DNA from: Pocillopora damicornis
Taxonomy: Eukaryota
NCBI RefSeq assembly: GCF_003704095.1
Contig: NW_020845955.1
Span: 1-64,000, forward strand
Length of the DNA stretch: 64,000 bases
Direction: 5' to 3'
This document shows, piece after piece, positions 52,410 through 64,000 of this stretch (the stretch's first letter is position 1; each line of letters begins with the position of its first letter). The notes beneath the pieces were generated by a model. The model made no database searches. It saw nothing but the letters and a program-made list of their open reading frames with translations, and had not been told where the DNA came from. Made by a program: the position numbers and the translations under genes.

Positions 52410-53571
52410 ACCTATTTTTTGATAAATCAATAGTTTTCCTCTGCATGTTTAGGAAAACTAGGAAAATTAATCAAATTTTGCGCACAAAATCTTAAAAAGA
52501 TTAAAAGATCTTATTTTCCCCTGCAAGATTGAGCATGTCCGTAAAAAACTGTGTTATGAGTTAACTGTGGAAAGATGCAGAGGTAATCTGCAACCACTCA
52601 GTAAATGGATATTAAAGAAATTCTGCAACCAGTCACCTGATGTCACAGAAATTCTGTGACCACTCAGTCACTAGATGTCACAGAAATTCTGCAATCACCC
52701 AATACCATGTTGTCACAGAATTCTGCGATCACCCAGTCTCAAGTTGTCGCAGAAATTCTGCAACCACTCAAGCACTGGATGTCGCAGAAATTCTGTGATC
52801 ACTCAGTACCAAGCTGTCGCACAAATTCTGCGACCACTCAACCACTGGAAGTTGAAAAAATTCTGCGATCACTCAGTCTCAAGTTGTTGCGGAAATTCTG
52901 CGACCCCTCGGTCACAAGTTGTCCCAGAAATTCTGCAGCCACTCAACCACTGGATGTCGCAGAAATTCTGCAATCACTCAGTCACAAGTTGTCGCACGAA
53001 TTCTGCGACCACTCAACCACTGGATGTTGGAAAAATTCTGCGATCATTCAGTCACAAGTTGTCGCAGAAATTCTACAACCCCTCAGTCACAGGTTGTCGC
53101 AGAAATTCTGTGGCCACCCAACCACTGAATGTCGCAGAAATTCTGCGATCACTCCGTCACAAGTTAAATTCTGCAACCTCACAACAAATAAATCATTATG
53201 CCGCAATTCCAGTACATGCGTGTTCTAAAGCAACGTTACTACGCATGTGTCACGACACTCTATGTAATTTTACACAAGGAGCTAAGCCCAATTTCAGAAT
53301 GGAATGGAGTCAAGGAAAAAACTCAAGATTGATTTGTCCTCAAAGCAGCATATCTTTCCTTGAGAAATTTTCTTGTTGATGGCATTAGCTTGTTGTCTTC
53401 CGTAAGCTCAAATGAACTGCACACTACACAGCTCTTAGGAAGGATCTCCACCCATGGTGTAGATTTTTGTCGGGAACATGCTGAGGAGTCCATTTTCCAT
53501 AGTAAGTACCCTTCCAATAATGCACCTTAAAATTGTCCTCCTCGACGGCCAGGACCTTGCCAATGCAGGGC
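52410..53571 (-). mobile_element. 3' end of a Sola-like transposon (copy 1), truncated by a gap
   Basis: 52410-52640 is homologous to 54486-54720 and is followed by the 35-bp array. 53571-53323 encodes PCIGKVLAVEEDNFKVHYWKGTY..WVEILPKSCVV..FELTEDNKL, whose start matches 55444-55408. Confidence 0.6.
52612..53180. repeat. 35-bp minisatellite of palindromic units (~16-17 copies)
   Basis: Core GTCGCAGAA-A-TTCTGCGAC plus 16-bp linker, either CACTCAACCACTGGAT or CACTCAGTCACAAGTT. Confidence 0.95.
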
Positions 53572-54069
53572 NNNNNNNNNNNNNNNNNNNNNNNNNNNNN
53601 NNNNNNNNNNNNNNNNNNNNNNNNNNNNNNNNNNNNNNNNNNNNNNNNNNNNNNNNNNNNNNNNNNNNNNNCATAACTGTTAGCTTTCTTTGTAGTCAAT
53701 ATGCCGGTTCGGCATTAAATTTGGGTGACTTGTGTAAGGACATCAAAGCAAAAAGACCTTTTGTGTTTATTAGCACATGCCATATACCACAATGGGTGAG
53801 TTCTCATTGAATTTAATTGCTATGCTCTGTATAGGCCCTCGTATAATTACAAATCTTTCTCTCGCTGAAACGACTTACATGGGAATAAATTCACAAAGAA
53901 CGAGTGGGGAGGCGAAATTAGGAAAAAAAAAACGGTCCGGCTGCACGGGTGACCAGGCATGAAGAGATCCTGATAAAGGGGTATATGATTCAAACAGAAA
54001 TGTTGATGAAATCTTATAGGATTAAGCGATGCACTTACATGTATATTGCTTTACTTTTGTTTCCGTCAG

Positions 54070-54180
54070 CTTGCGAGGATAAGAACCAACACTGTAAATC
54101 CTGGGCATTGAACGGTGAATGCGAAAAAAATCCAAAGTACATGCTGTTCAATTGCTCCAAAAGTTGCGGAGTCTGTCCAG
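54070..54180 (+). CDS. Single ShKT (Stichodactyla toxin-like) domain exon, phase 1-1; parent gene not resolved
   Basis: Polypyrimidine tract and CAG acceptor, GTATG donor. 111 nt encoding ACEDKNQHCKSWALNGECEKNPKYMLFNCSKSCGVCP with the six ShKT cysteines. Confidence 0.85.
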
Positions 54181-54687
54181 GTATGCATGCGTACAAGTAA
54201 TCATTTAAAAAATCAAATAGATCAGCGGAAACCTTAAAACGTTTTGACATTTTGTGTTTCTTTTTAATAATATATTTCATTCTTACTAATGTACGTGTAG
54301 TGATGAGCATTCTTTTCTTTAAAAAAAGTCAGAGGTTTATCTCTCTCTCGAAAAATGTGCGATTTGTCACCCTGTCCGTCTTACCAGCTGTCCTCTTAAA
54401 TTCATCAATGTGGGTCAAATGGTTTTTAAATGGCTTTTATAAAAGAGAAAAAGAAACGCCTTCCAAAATGTGTTTTCCAAAATAGCCTACTTTTTGATAA
54501 ATCAATAGTTTTCCCCTGCATGTTTAGGAAAACTGGCAAAATTAATCAAATTTTGCGGACAAAATCTTAAAAAGATTAAAAAATCTTATTTTACCCTGCA
54601 AGATTGAGCATGTCCGTAAAAAACTGTGTCTTGAGAGTCAACCAAAGAAAGATGCAGAGGTAATCTACAACCACTCAGTAAATGGAT

Positions 54688-55190
54688 ATTGTAGAAATTC
54701 TGCAACCAGTCATCTGATGTCACAGAAATTCTGTGGCCACTCAGTCACTGGATGTCACAGAAATTCTGCGACCACTCAGTCACTAGATGTCACAGAAATT
54801 CTGCAATCACTCAGTACCATGTTGTCGCAGAAATTCTACAACCACTCAACCACTGGATGTCACAGAAATTCTGCGATCACCCAGTCACAAGCTGTTGCAG
54901 AAATTCTGCGACCACTCAAGCACTGGATGTTGCAGAAATTCTGCGATCACTCAGTCACAAGTTGTCGCAGAAATTCTGGGACCACTCAACCACTGGATGT
55001 TGCAAAAATTCTGCGATCACTCAGTCACAAGTTGTCGCAGAAATTCTGCGACCCCTCACTCACAAGTTGTCGCAGAAATTCTGCAACCACTCAACCACTG
55101 GATGTTGCAGAAATTCTGTGATCACTCAGTCACAAGTTGTTGCAGAAATTCTGCAACCACTCAACCACTGGATGTCGCAGAAAATCTGCC
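54688..55190. repeat. 35-bp minisatellite of palindromic units (~15 copies)
   Basis: Same core and A/B linkers as 52612-53180, largely alternating as a 70-bp dimer. Confidence 0.95.
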
Positions 55191-56778
55191 ATTCCTTTAA
55201 ACTATCTCAAAAAAATATGTAAAAAATATAACTAATAAAAAATGTCTTATTTTTATCTTGCATTTGCCCTATCCTGTAATGAAAGCCCTTAAGGCCTTAT
55301 GGATGGAGAGTTAAATTGCAATAAATCCATGCTACATTTCAGTAGTTTCAATACAGGGTGGCTTATTTGTTTATCTGTAAGCCTTGCAGAACACAAGTCA
55401 CTTAGCCGTCCTCCTCGACGGCCAGGACCTTGCCAATACAGGGCAGTTTATTGTAATTGGCGAAGTACATAGCCACAAAGCAACTGACTTGAAGAGTAGC
55501 GGGAAATCATCTACCATTTCAATAGGCGCTTCCCTTTCCCTCAGGGTCCTGTAACGGCCTGTGTAAATCTGAAATATTCAACAGACATGTCATTAGAATT
55601 TGCTTGCTCAGGTGAGTATTTCGACTGAGATGAATTTGATATATTAAAGCTCACAAGGCAGCCAGGTGGACAATCAAAAATGGTTTGATACTATCCTGGT
55701 TTAAATATTTAATAATTGTAACTTCTCTGTTAAATGCAATGAAATTTATCTTTAAACCAGAGTAGCATCAAACCATGTCTAAAAATGTATTTGTTGGCTC
55801 AAATTTCCTTGAGAGACAATAATAAGGGCTTTCTCTTTCCATTTCAATCTTCTTTGACTTGTACACATTATGATCCCAGTCTTAAAGACAGGGAAAAGCA
55901 GTGAGATACATTTTAAATTGAGGATCAATTTAAACCCAGCATATTCTTAACATGTAATGTCAGCAAAAATTCAGTTATTTAGAGCATTAATGTTATTTTT
56001 CAGGCCTATAAGTTGTCAGTGCCAATGCTACTTCAGAAAACATCAGGTAAGCTTTTAAGTTACTATTTTAACTCTGACTCAGGAACCACAAATTAAGAAT
56101 TTCTTGTGCTAACCTTCAGCATTACAATGGGCTCTTTCCATGACTCATGGCTCCAATTTCTGTAGTGCATAACTACTTTTCCGTCCTCATTCAAAGTAAA
56201 TTTGAAGCACTTTGGAACTGTGTGTTCATGTAACTCCTCACAATAATCACTATCCATGATTTTATGTCATAAACCATCTTGAGCATATAGGGCTTGGATG
56301 TTGGATTCTTCATGCGTGTTTCCAGTGCCTTCAGTAATTCTAAGTGACAGTGAAGTGTAAAATAAATTAAGATCTTACATGTACTCTGTAAGTAAACATT
56401 TACGCCAAATTTATAACATGTCAGTGTCACATTTAATTTGTTAATTTAAGTGGAAGAGTTCATACTTTCTATAGACTAAATTTTGAACCATGCTCTTACT
56501 TCATGCAGAAATTTTTTCGATCACAGTGCTAGTTGCTATGTATTTATACTGATAGATAACTTATACTTACTGTCATCGTGAGATTAGAGTCATGAGGATA
56601 CTGGTAGTAGTCAAATGACGCGTAAATCTCCTTTCCATTTTTTGCTTGTCCATTGTGAATAATGGAACCAACAAGGTGTGTTCCCACAGTTGTAAGTGCA
56701 GACATTGCCTTGGTAATGCGGCGTACACTTGGGACATTTGTGGTGTGCTTAAGTCGCCAAGACAATTTGCACTAATGA

Positions 56779-56930
56779 TTGTGAATATATGAAAATCATA
56801 TATGTGCACTGCGGTGAAGAAACGAATATAAAAGATCCTCGCAGCTATGAACACTACTGAACTAGTAGTTGAAATAAGAACTGAAAAAAATTCAGGCCCG
56901 TACGGGATTTGAAACCATGACCTCTGCGAG
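56779..56930 (-). mobile_element. 5'-truncated tRNA-derived SINE
   Basis: Minus strand reads GCAGAGGTCATGGTTTCAAATCCCGTACGGGCC (B-box/T-arm-like), then the body, ending ...ATATATGATTTTCATATATTCACA. Confidence 0.7.
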
Positions 56931-57380
56931 ATATTGCTATGACTGTTGATGTAAACTAATCTGACATTAATGTGTGTTGCCTCGTAGAAAAGAAATCTAA
57001 GTGAGATCTTTACCATGGCACAGCTGTCAGGAGAGGGCTGGACTCACTTTAGGACTTTTAACGATTTGCATGAAAATGCCCAATTAAAAGGACAGAAAGC
57101 TAAAGCCCAGGACATAGTTAAGAAGGGGAAACCTGTGCTCAGGCAGTGGCAGTTAAAACCCCTCTGCAAGTTGTCTGTAAAAGACCAAACGTTTCTCCTA
57201 AAAAAGGTGAGATAAGTGCGACATTGTCCTATAAATCATTATCAAGTGTATCATGTCTTCAACTTTTGTATGAGATGATGTATTAATTCAATTGTTCAAT
57301 TTTCTTATCATCATGATCATCACGATCATCATCAGGAATGTATCTACCTGAATTGCTCTTTGCTCTTTTAAGCAGCACTG

Positions 57381-57513
57381 CAGCACTTGACGTTACAGCG
57401 TGCAGAATTTCTGCAGCACTTGACGTTACATCGTGCAGAATTTCTGTAGCACTTGACGTTACATCGTGCAGAATTTCCGCAACACTTGACTTTACATCGT
57501 GCTGAATTTCTCG
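57381..57513. repeat. 33-bp tandem repeat (4 copies) sharing the palindromic core of the 35-bp arrays
   Basis: Unit CAGCACTTGACGTTACATCGTGCAGAATTTCTG. Junction core TGCAGAA-T-TTCTGCA. Confidence 0.9.
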
Positions 57514-59711
57514 CGAGTACTAGCATCCCATCATGCCAAGGGAACCGAGTTAAACTATCTATAGCTGGGTGGGCCATGTGACTCGAAAACAGACATTTTT
57601 CACTCACCTGCATCTATAAAATACATTTTTGAGTTAAATTCGACGCTGTTTCACAATTTCATTTTCATATTTTCTTTACGAATTTACCAAACTAATGATA
57701 TTATATCAATAAGTTGATGACTTTACAAAAAAAATTACTTATCTACTCCGGAAGACCGGCAAACTGTTCAAATAAAATAAACATTCTGAAAATCAAATTT
57801 TTTTTTCAATGCGAATGCAAAACAAACACGAGACTACGCAAATGTTGTTAATTGAACTACAATAGTTTACGTAACACCAAGAAAAACCATAAATCGAACT
57901 CGTAGATTAAACCAGTTAACAAGACAGTGTTTTTCTCATTTCCATGGGCCGTTACGCCTAACGACAAGTAGGGGTTAAAAGCAGGCTCAGTTCAAATAAA
58001 GAAAAGAGCTGAAATTAAAATGGCACTGACTTAAGGTATCTGTAGAAGGCTATACCGTTACCATAGCTACCAAATAAATGATCGAGGGTTGCAGGAGATT
58101 GCGCGGCCGCACAAAAATATTCATATTTTCTTTAGTGAATGTTTCTCTTTCAAATTTACGACAGAAAGTCAAAGGTTCCCAACTAGCATATAGATAGAGA
58201 ATTATCACTGGACAAAATTAATTTTTTCTGTTTGCATTTTTAAAGGTAAAGCATCATTTATTTGGATGATTTATCTTCAATATAAACCATATTTTCTGAG
58301 CTAACATATAATCAAATCTTAGATAAAGACAAGATTGATCAAGAACAACAGAGGCGACAAATTCAAGTTAACTTTAAATTAATTGGAGGTTTTGCCATCA
58401 CAACGCTAAGCGATGAAAAATTTCTTCCACCTTGATTTGTAGTATTTTAATAACTCAGACATGTTTTTCTTTTTGTTATGTTTCTTAATTAGATAGAAAG
58501 TTAAACAAATTTCCATTTAAAAAGCCTTAAGTGAAATTAAAATTTGTCGAGGACGAAATGAATTTAAAGCAGATGGCTTTGAAAAGTTTCATAAACTTAA
58601 TAAGAATAGATCTAGAATTATGATTGATATCTGCCAAATGATCAAGTGGTCAGTTTTTTTTTTTGTAAGCAAACAAACTGTTTCATTAAAAACTTGTATT
58701 CACAACATACCTGTTTCACCTGGTATTTTATTTCATTTCCCTGGAGCAGTCCAAGGCCGAAGGGAATGTAAGTTTGAAGTCCATCTTCTTTACCCGTTAG
58801 ATCATCTCAAAAGAGGCTATTTCAGCTTTAAATAATTTCAAGGTCTTTTGTGAATTCAAAAGAGAATTGCACTATTTCCTTTCCGTGCCAGAATTCTTTC
58901 ACAAGGTTAAGTAGGCAAGGTCCGAACTCGAGCCTTATGACCCATCTAGCTGGAGCTTTTCCCGGTAGCATGAAAAGACTAGGAGTATTACAACTCTCAC
59001 TTAGATGGGATACTAGGGTTAGAAATTTCACCGGTAACTCATTTATATTCCTTGGTGGAAGAGACACCGTAGTGGTAAAGTGTTTTGCCTAAGAACGCAA
59101 CACAATGACCCCCTGCTATATCTCGAATCCGAACATCTCCAACCAGAATCCAGCGCGTGAACCGTTACCTTAATTCACCGCTTCTCCACAAATTCAGTTA
59201 AAAATTATCAGACCACGTTAAAGGAGTTGCGTTATTTACGATATTATTAATGGGTTTTTCTATTTTCGGTTCTATCCTAAACATCCACATTAGAATGTAA
59301 ACTATTAATATCAAAAAGGACCTCATGGTGACATTCCTGAAGTATACGTGCCTACAATCATAAAGCACTATGGCCAGTCAGTAACAAAAATGGAACTCTG
59401 AGAGAAAAACGCAAACTTTTTGGAGTGATCATGAATATTAAAATTCATTAATGTGCTGAATAAATAATAATCTAAAACCGTCTTCGCTTAAAGGCAGGAT
59501 AGCTGAGAAGCAGTAAAAACGTTGCGATCTTAAATCAAAATCTGAACTCTACAATTTACTGTGACTCTAACTCGTGCGACAAAGGATTTTACATCATTTA
59601 TTACTTTCCTTTTGTCTGTTTTACCGTATTATGAAACTTTGAAAACAACTACCAAACTATGAATTAATTATGAAAAAATCGAAATATTTTCTTCATAGAA
59701 ACTGCCTGAAA

Positions 59712-62051
59712 ATGAGATACATTATCAGTTTGATTGTCACTTTTGCCACCATGGTGTGTTTTGCTATCGGGTGCCATCAGTCATCATGTGGCACCTTTGA
59801 AACGCACCAGTACGTGTTCAGGATTGGCCAGTATGACTGCGAATGCGAGCCATTTAGAGCTGGTCAGATGAAGTTTGTTGAAGGGAAGGTATACGTGTGT
59901 GATGGTACTGAGTGGAAAGCCCTGCAGTACGAAGCACCATTAGGTTCCAGAAGTGACCCCGGATTTTCGTGCAAAGACATCAAGGCTCACTTGAAGGACG
60001 CGACTAATGGCATTTATTGGATCACCTTGACGGGTAATTTTTAATCTACTGATGCTCCTAACTCCTATGAAGTGTTCTGAGAGTATTTGATACCTTGGTC
60101 GGGTATGTACAATTAATGACTAGCGGTGTGTTGGGGGAAGGTCATGTCAAACTTTCGGCAAGATCACTTCAATTGTAATGACTATTCAGGATGGGTTTTG
60201 ATGATCACCTTATGTGTTCCCTTTGGCCTTTCCTTTTTTTTTCTCCTTTCACCCTCGTCAGGTGGAAGGAATGTGAAAGAACTTGCGCGGTTGTTCGGTT
60301 AATTCGGCTGAAACACTTCCGATTACCAAATAATGTACTCTACGTTATTTGTGTAGAAGTACAAAGGTGTAGAAATAAACCATCAGACTATCTGTTCAAC
60401 ATGGGAATAATAATCCATGGTACTCATGATAGACTGTTAATAGCCCTTAAAAGTTAGGTTTCAGTTTCCCAATGACACATCCTTTAGCCTGTAAACTTCT
60501 ATAGATCCTAATTGATGTAATTTTTGTTTTTATTGTCATTACTAGACAGCAAAGACTCTTTCCCAGTTTACTGTGACATGGACGCCGGAGGTAAGTGCCT
60601 CGGGATTTATTTATTCACCCATTGTTCGTACAATCCTCCCGAAGGATTTTTCAATATGAGCCGGAGTCGTCCAATTAAGGGCTTCGAGAAGAACAGAAAT
60701 CCTCGCATCTTCACGTTTAGGAACCTTTCCTGCTTCATGAAATTTTTTAAATAAAGGCAGATGGGACGGGTCTGGAGAATTTTGGCATTGTAGTCTTAGA
60801 ACCCGTCCTGTAACTGCTACATGTGATCATTTTGTTATGGCATATTTCGCATGTGTATCATATTTGTTATGAGTAAGGAATGTTTCCTGCCTGACCTTGG
60901 AATTTATAGGTGTAACCTTAAGCTTCTTTTTGGTAAAATTATCACCCATTTCGAAACTGCTGCGCCTGCAGTAAAATAGTTTTTAAATGTTTGTTTTGAT
61001 TTTGAATTGATAGGCTGGACCATGGTGTTTAAAGCTGTTAGTGGAATCCATAAAAAAGTGTATCCTACTTTCAACTCGCCTCACACATCCTCTGAGAAAG
61101 TCATGGCCGCTCTCGACGTCACGAACAAACACAAAGACCACTACAAGAACAGAATAGTGTTGAACTGGGCTGACTTCCACGCTTCTGAGGTAATTGGAAC
61201 ATAACGTGACTACCTTAGTCAAAATATTCACACAATTCTCGCGCGTGATTGGTCAAACAGTGTATGTTGATAGATTTGAGCATTGATAGGACAGTTTGAT
61301 CGTAATACCTCATTTATTGGACTGCTCTCGTCACCTAGCAAGCTTAACTCAAACGAAAACTGTTCTAACTAAGTCATGGCTTCAATGAGGGTGAACTGTT
61401 GATTGGAAACGAAATTTTGTCATTGTAATGCTGATAAATGTGATTCAGGTAAGTTCCTTTACATTCCACGTGTTTAAGGAGGCCTTACCACTCCGATCCC
61501 CTTCACCAGCTAATAAACGTTCTGTTTAAAACAGGCAAGAGTTGTCCTATACACTGGAGGAAAAATCGTGAAGGAAGTAAAGTTAAACGCGAGGGGATCA
61601 GACAAATTGAATTGGTTTGCGACTCCCAGACTGATCGACAGCTCCTGGAGTGACATGAAATCCCAACCAAAGAACGTATTTTCTATTCCCGGGCTGCACA
61701 ATCGCAACTTCTTCATCAACAGAAACTACGGCGGATGTCCTCGGGATGCCGGATGGATGACGATCACGGGTCAGGATTGCGATTGGGAGAGGCGCTTCAA
61801 TCCTCGACAAAATGTCATCATCTATAGCAAACTGCAGGGATACACCAACTGGAACCACTACGGTAAGGCGTCAACCCTCTAGCCCAGAGAACCTGATTAG
61901 TAATGCGCTTATCAATCGGAGGTGGAGGGAGGGGAGGGCCTAGGTTGAGCATTTGCCCTTTATTGTCCACCACATTGTATTTCATTTACTACTTCCATTT
62001 ATTGATTTAATTGCAGGGAATGTCGCAGAAGCTGATGTGTTGGTGGTTTAT
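59712..62051 (+). CDS. Secreted protein with fibrinogen/collagen-NC1-like N-terminal motif, >=302 aa, 3' end in gap
   Basis: Exons 59712-60033, 60546-60590, 61014-61189, 61535-61862, 62017->62051 with consistent phases. Signal peptide MRYIISLIVTFATMVCFAIG. Motif LGSRSDPGFSCKDIK..NGIYWI..FPVYCDMDAGGWTMVFK. Confidence 0.85.
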
Positions 62052-62542
62052 NNNNNNNNNNNNNNNNNNNNNNNNNNNNNNNNNNNNNNNNNNNNNNNNN
62101 NNNNNNNNNNNNNNNNNNNNNNNNNNNNNNNNNNNNNNNNNNNNNNNNNNNGGGCAATATGACATAATTTAATTACAGAGTTAACAGAAAAATTGTCAGT
62201 CAAATAAGTCACTGAGGTACGAACTACTACATGTCAACTTACAGCAAACTGCAACAACTTTTCAGATGATACGGCGCTTTTAAATTCGTCAATAGCCTCT
62301 TCCCATGTGCTGATCTTGAAGAATTTAACGATGGCCTCCTGGACAGGTCTTAGAGATTTTACTTCGGAGGCAGAAAAATTTCATCTCTTCCAGGCTTAAC
62401 TCACAAGTTGCCACCTAAAAACGATGAATAAAAACAAGCGGAGATAATCAGCATTCACATGTTTACTATTTTTCTAAAAGTAAGAAACCTCTCTTCAACC
62501 ACAGAGCTTAAAAGAGCAAAGAAAAATTCAGGGAGATACACT

Positions 62543-63865
62543 CTTGATGATGATCGTGATGATCATGATGATAAGAAAATTGAACAATTGAATTAATACA
62601 TCATCTCATACAAATTTGAAGACATGATACACTTGATAATGATTTATGGGACAATGTCACACATATCTCACCTTTTTTAGGAGAAAAGTTTGTTCTTTTA
62701 CAGGCAACTTGCAGAGGGGTTTTAACTGCCACTGCCTAAGCACAGGTTTCCCCTTCTTAACAATGTCCGAGGCTTTAGCTTCTGTCCCTTTAATTGGGCA
62801 TTTTCATGCAAATCGTTTAAAGTTGTAACATAAAGTAATTATTTCAAGGTACAGTTGGAGTAACTGAGAGGTCCAACAATCAAAACTGCCTGTACAATGT
62901 GGTAATCTTGTGTGGCAAATATTCATATAAGTTATCTATCAATATAAATACGTTGCAACTAACACTTTGATGGAAAAATATCTGCATGAGGCAAGAGCAT
63001 GGTTCAAAATTTAGTCTTTAGAAAGTATGAACTCTTCCACTTTAATTAACAGATTACCGGTAAATGTGACATTGACATGTTATAAATTTGGTGTAAATGT
63101 TTACTTTCAGAGGATATGCAAGATCTTAATTTATTTTACACTTCACTGTCACTTAGAATTACTAAAGGCACTGGAAACATGCATGAAGAATCCAACACCT
63201 AAGCCCCATATGCTCAAGATGGTTTATGACATAAAATCATGGATTAGTGATTATTGTGAGGAGTTACATGAACACACAGTTCCAAAGTGTTTCAAATTTA
63301 CATCGAATGAGGACGGAAAAGCAGTTATGCACTACAGAAATTGGAGCCATGAGCCATGGAAAGAGCCCATTATAATGCTGAAGGTTAGCATATGAAATTC
63401 ATAATCTGTGGTTCCTGAGTCATAGTTAACACAGTAACTTAAAAGCTTACCTGATGTTTTCTGAAGTAGCATTGGCACTGACAATTTATAGACCTGAAAA
63501 ATAACATTAATGCTCCAAATAACTGAATGTTTGCTGACATTACATGTTAAGAATATGCTGGGTTTAAATTGATCCTCAACTTAAAATGTATCTCACTGCT
63601 TTTCCCTGTCTGGGAAAGGACCATAATGTGTACAAGTCAAAGAAGAATGAAATGGAAAGAGAAAACACTCATTAATGTCTGTCAAGGAAATTTGAGCCAA
63701 CAAATATATTATTAGACATGGTTTGATGCTACTCTGGTTTAGAGATTAATTTTGTTGAATTTAACAGAGAAGTTACAGTTATTAAATATTTAAACCACAA
63801 TAGTATCAAACCATGTTTGATTGTCCACCTGGCTGCCTTGTGAGCTTTCATATATCAAATTCATT
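62543..63865 (+). mobile_element. Sola-like transposon internal fragment (copy 3), inverted relative to copy 2
   Basis: 62543-62822 is the reverse complement of ~57056-57336, and 62925-63865 of ~55629-56562. Here the exon MVYDIKSWISDYCEELHEHTVPKCFKFT..HYRNWSHEPWKEP is in one frame. Confidence 0.75.
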
Positions 63866-64000
63866 GTTTGTCTTTTTTTGCCACACTAGAGTTTACCCTC
63901 AGGAAAGCCAAATCCTGTGACTCCTTCCCTAAATAAACTGGACATGGAGGGATTGAAGAGAGATATTCCCACCAAATATACCAAGAATACGCCCTTAAAA

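Larger units (their letters stand above)
54486..57515 (-). mobile_element. Internally deleted Sola-like (DUF7869-type) transposon (copy 2) with palindrome arrays at both ends
   Basis: Exon remnants LVGSIIHNG..FDYYQYPHDSNLTMT (~56680-56570), MVYDIKSWI..HEHTVPKCFKFT..VMHYRNWSH (~56290-56113) and FVAMYFANYNKLPCIGKVLAVEED (~55480-55408). 35-bp array at one end and 33-bp array at the other. Superfamily is inferred from motif recall. Confidence 0.6.

Noticed and set aside
52022-52446. Cluster of hydrophobic ORFs
   Set aside because: They arise from a pyrimidine-rich low-complexity tract.
52656-53379. Long overlapping ORFs in all three + frames (also 54717-55222 and 57368-57613)
   Set aside because: By-product of stop-poor 35-bp and 33-bp tandem repeats. 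The same peptide cycles through the frames.
52612-55190. CRISPR array (palindromic repeats with intervening linkers)
   Set aside because: Linkers are only 16 bp and are two recurring types, not unique spacers. There are no cas genes and the context is eukaryotic.

Overview
AT-rich eukaryotic genomic DNA with spliceosomal GT-AG introns and five 100-N scaffold gaps. The repeat families and ShK exon suggest a cnidarian, probably a scleractinian coral (inference). The first ~24 kb is a graveyard of nested, decayed transposons: a Gypsy 3' end, a DIRS element interrupted by an L2-type LINE, Kolobok, ISL2EU, a Harbinger at the truncated end of a second L2, MULE, an insertion with Ulp1-protease-like motifs, and a G2E3-like HECT pseudogene. 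The middle holds three intact multi-exon genes reconstructed by hand: a QOR2-type quinone oxidoreductase (5 exons, 329 aa, +), argininosuccinate synthase ASS1 (17 exons, 418 aa, +), and an uncharacterised coiled-coil/NPF-repeat protein (7 exons, 565 aa, -). The last 12 kb has three partial copies of a Sola-like transposon whose ends carry arrays of one shared palindrome (CRISPR-looking but not CRISPR), an isolated ShK exon, and a secreted protein with a fibrinogen/collagen-NC1-like motif that runs into a gap. No new system can be demonstrated from the sequence alone. The best leads are the palindrome-array transposon, the NPF-repeat gene, and possible transposon-borne ubiquitin/SUMO-pathway cargo. 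All family assignments come from recalled motifs, not database searches.
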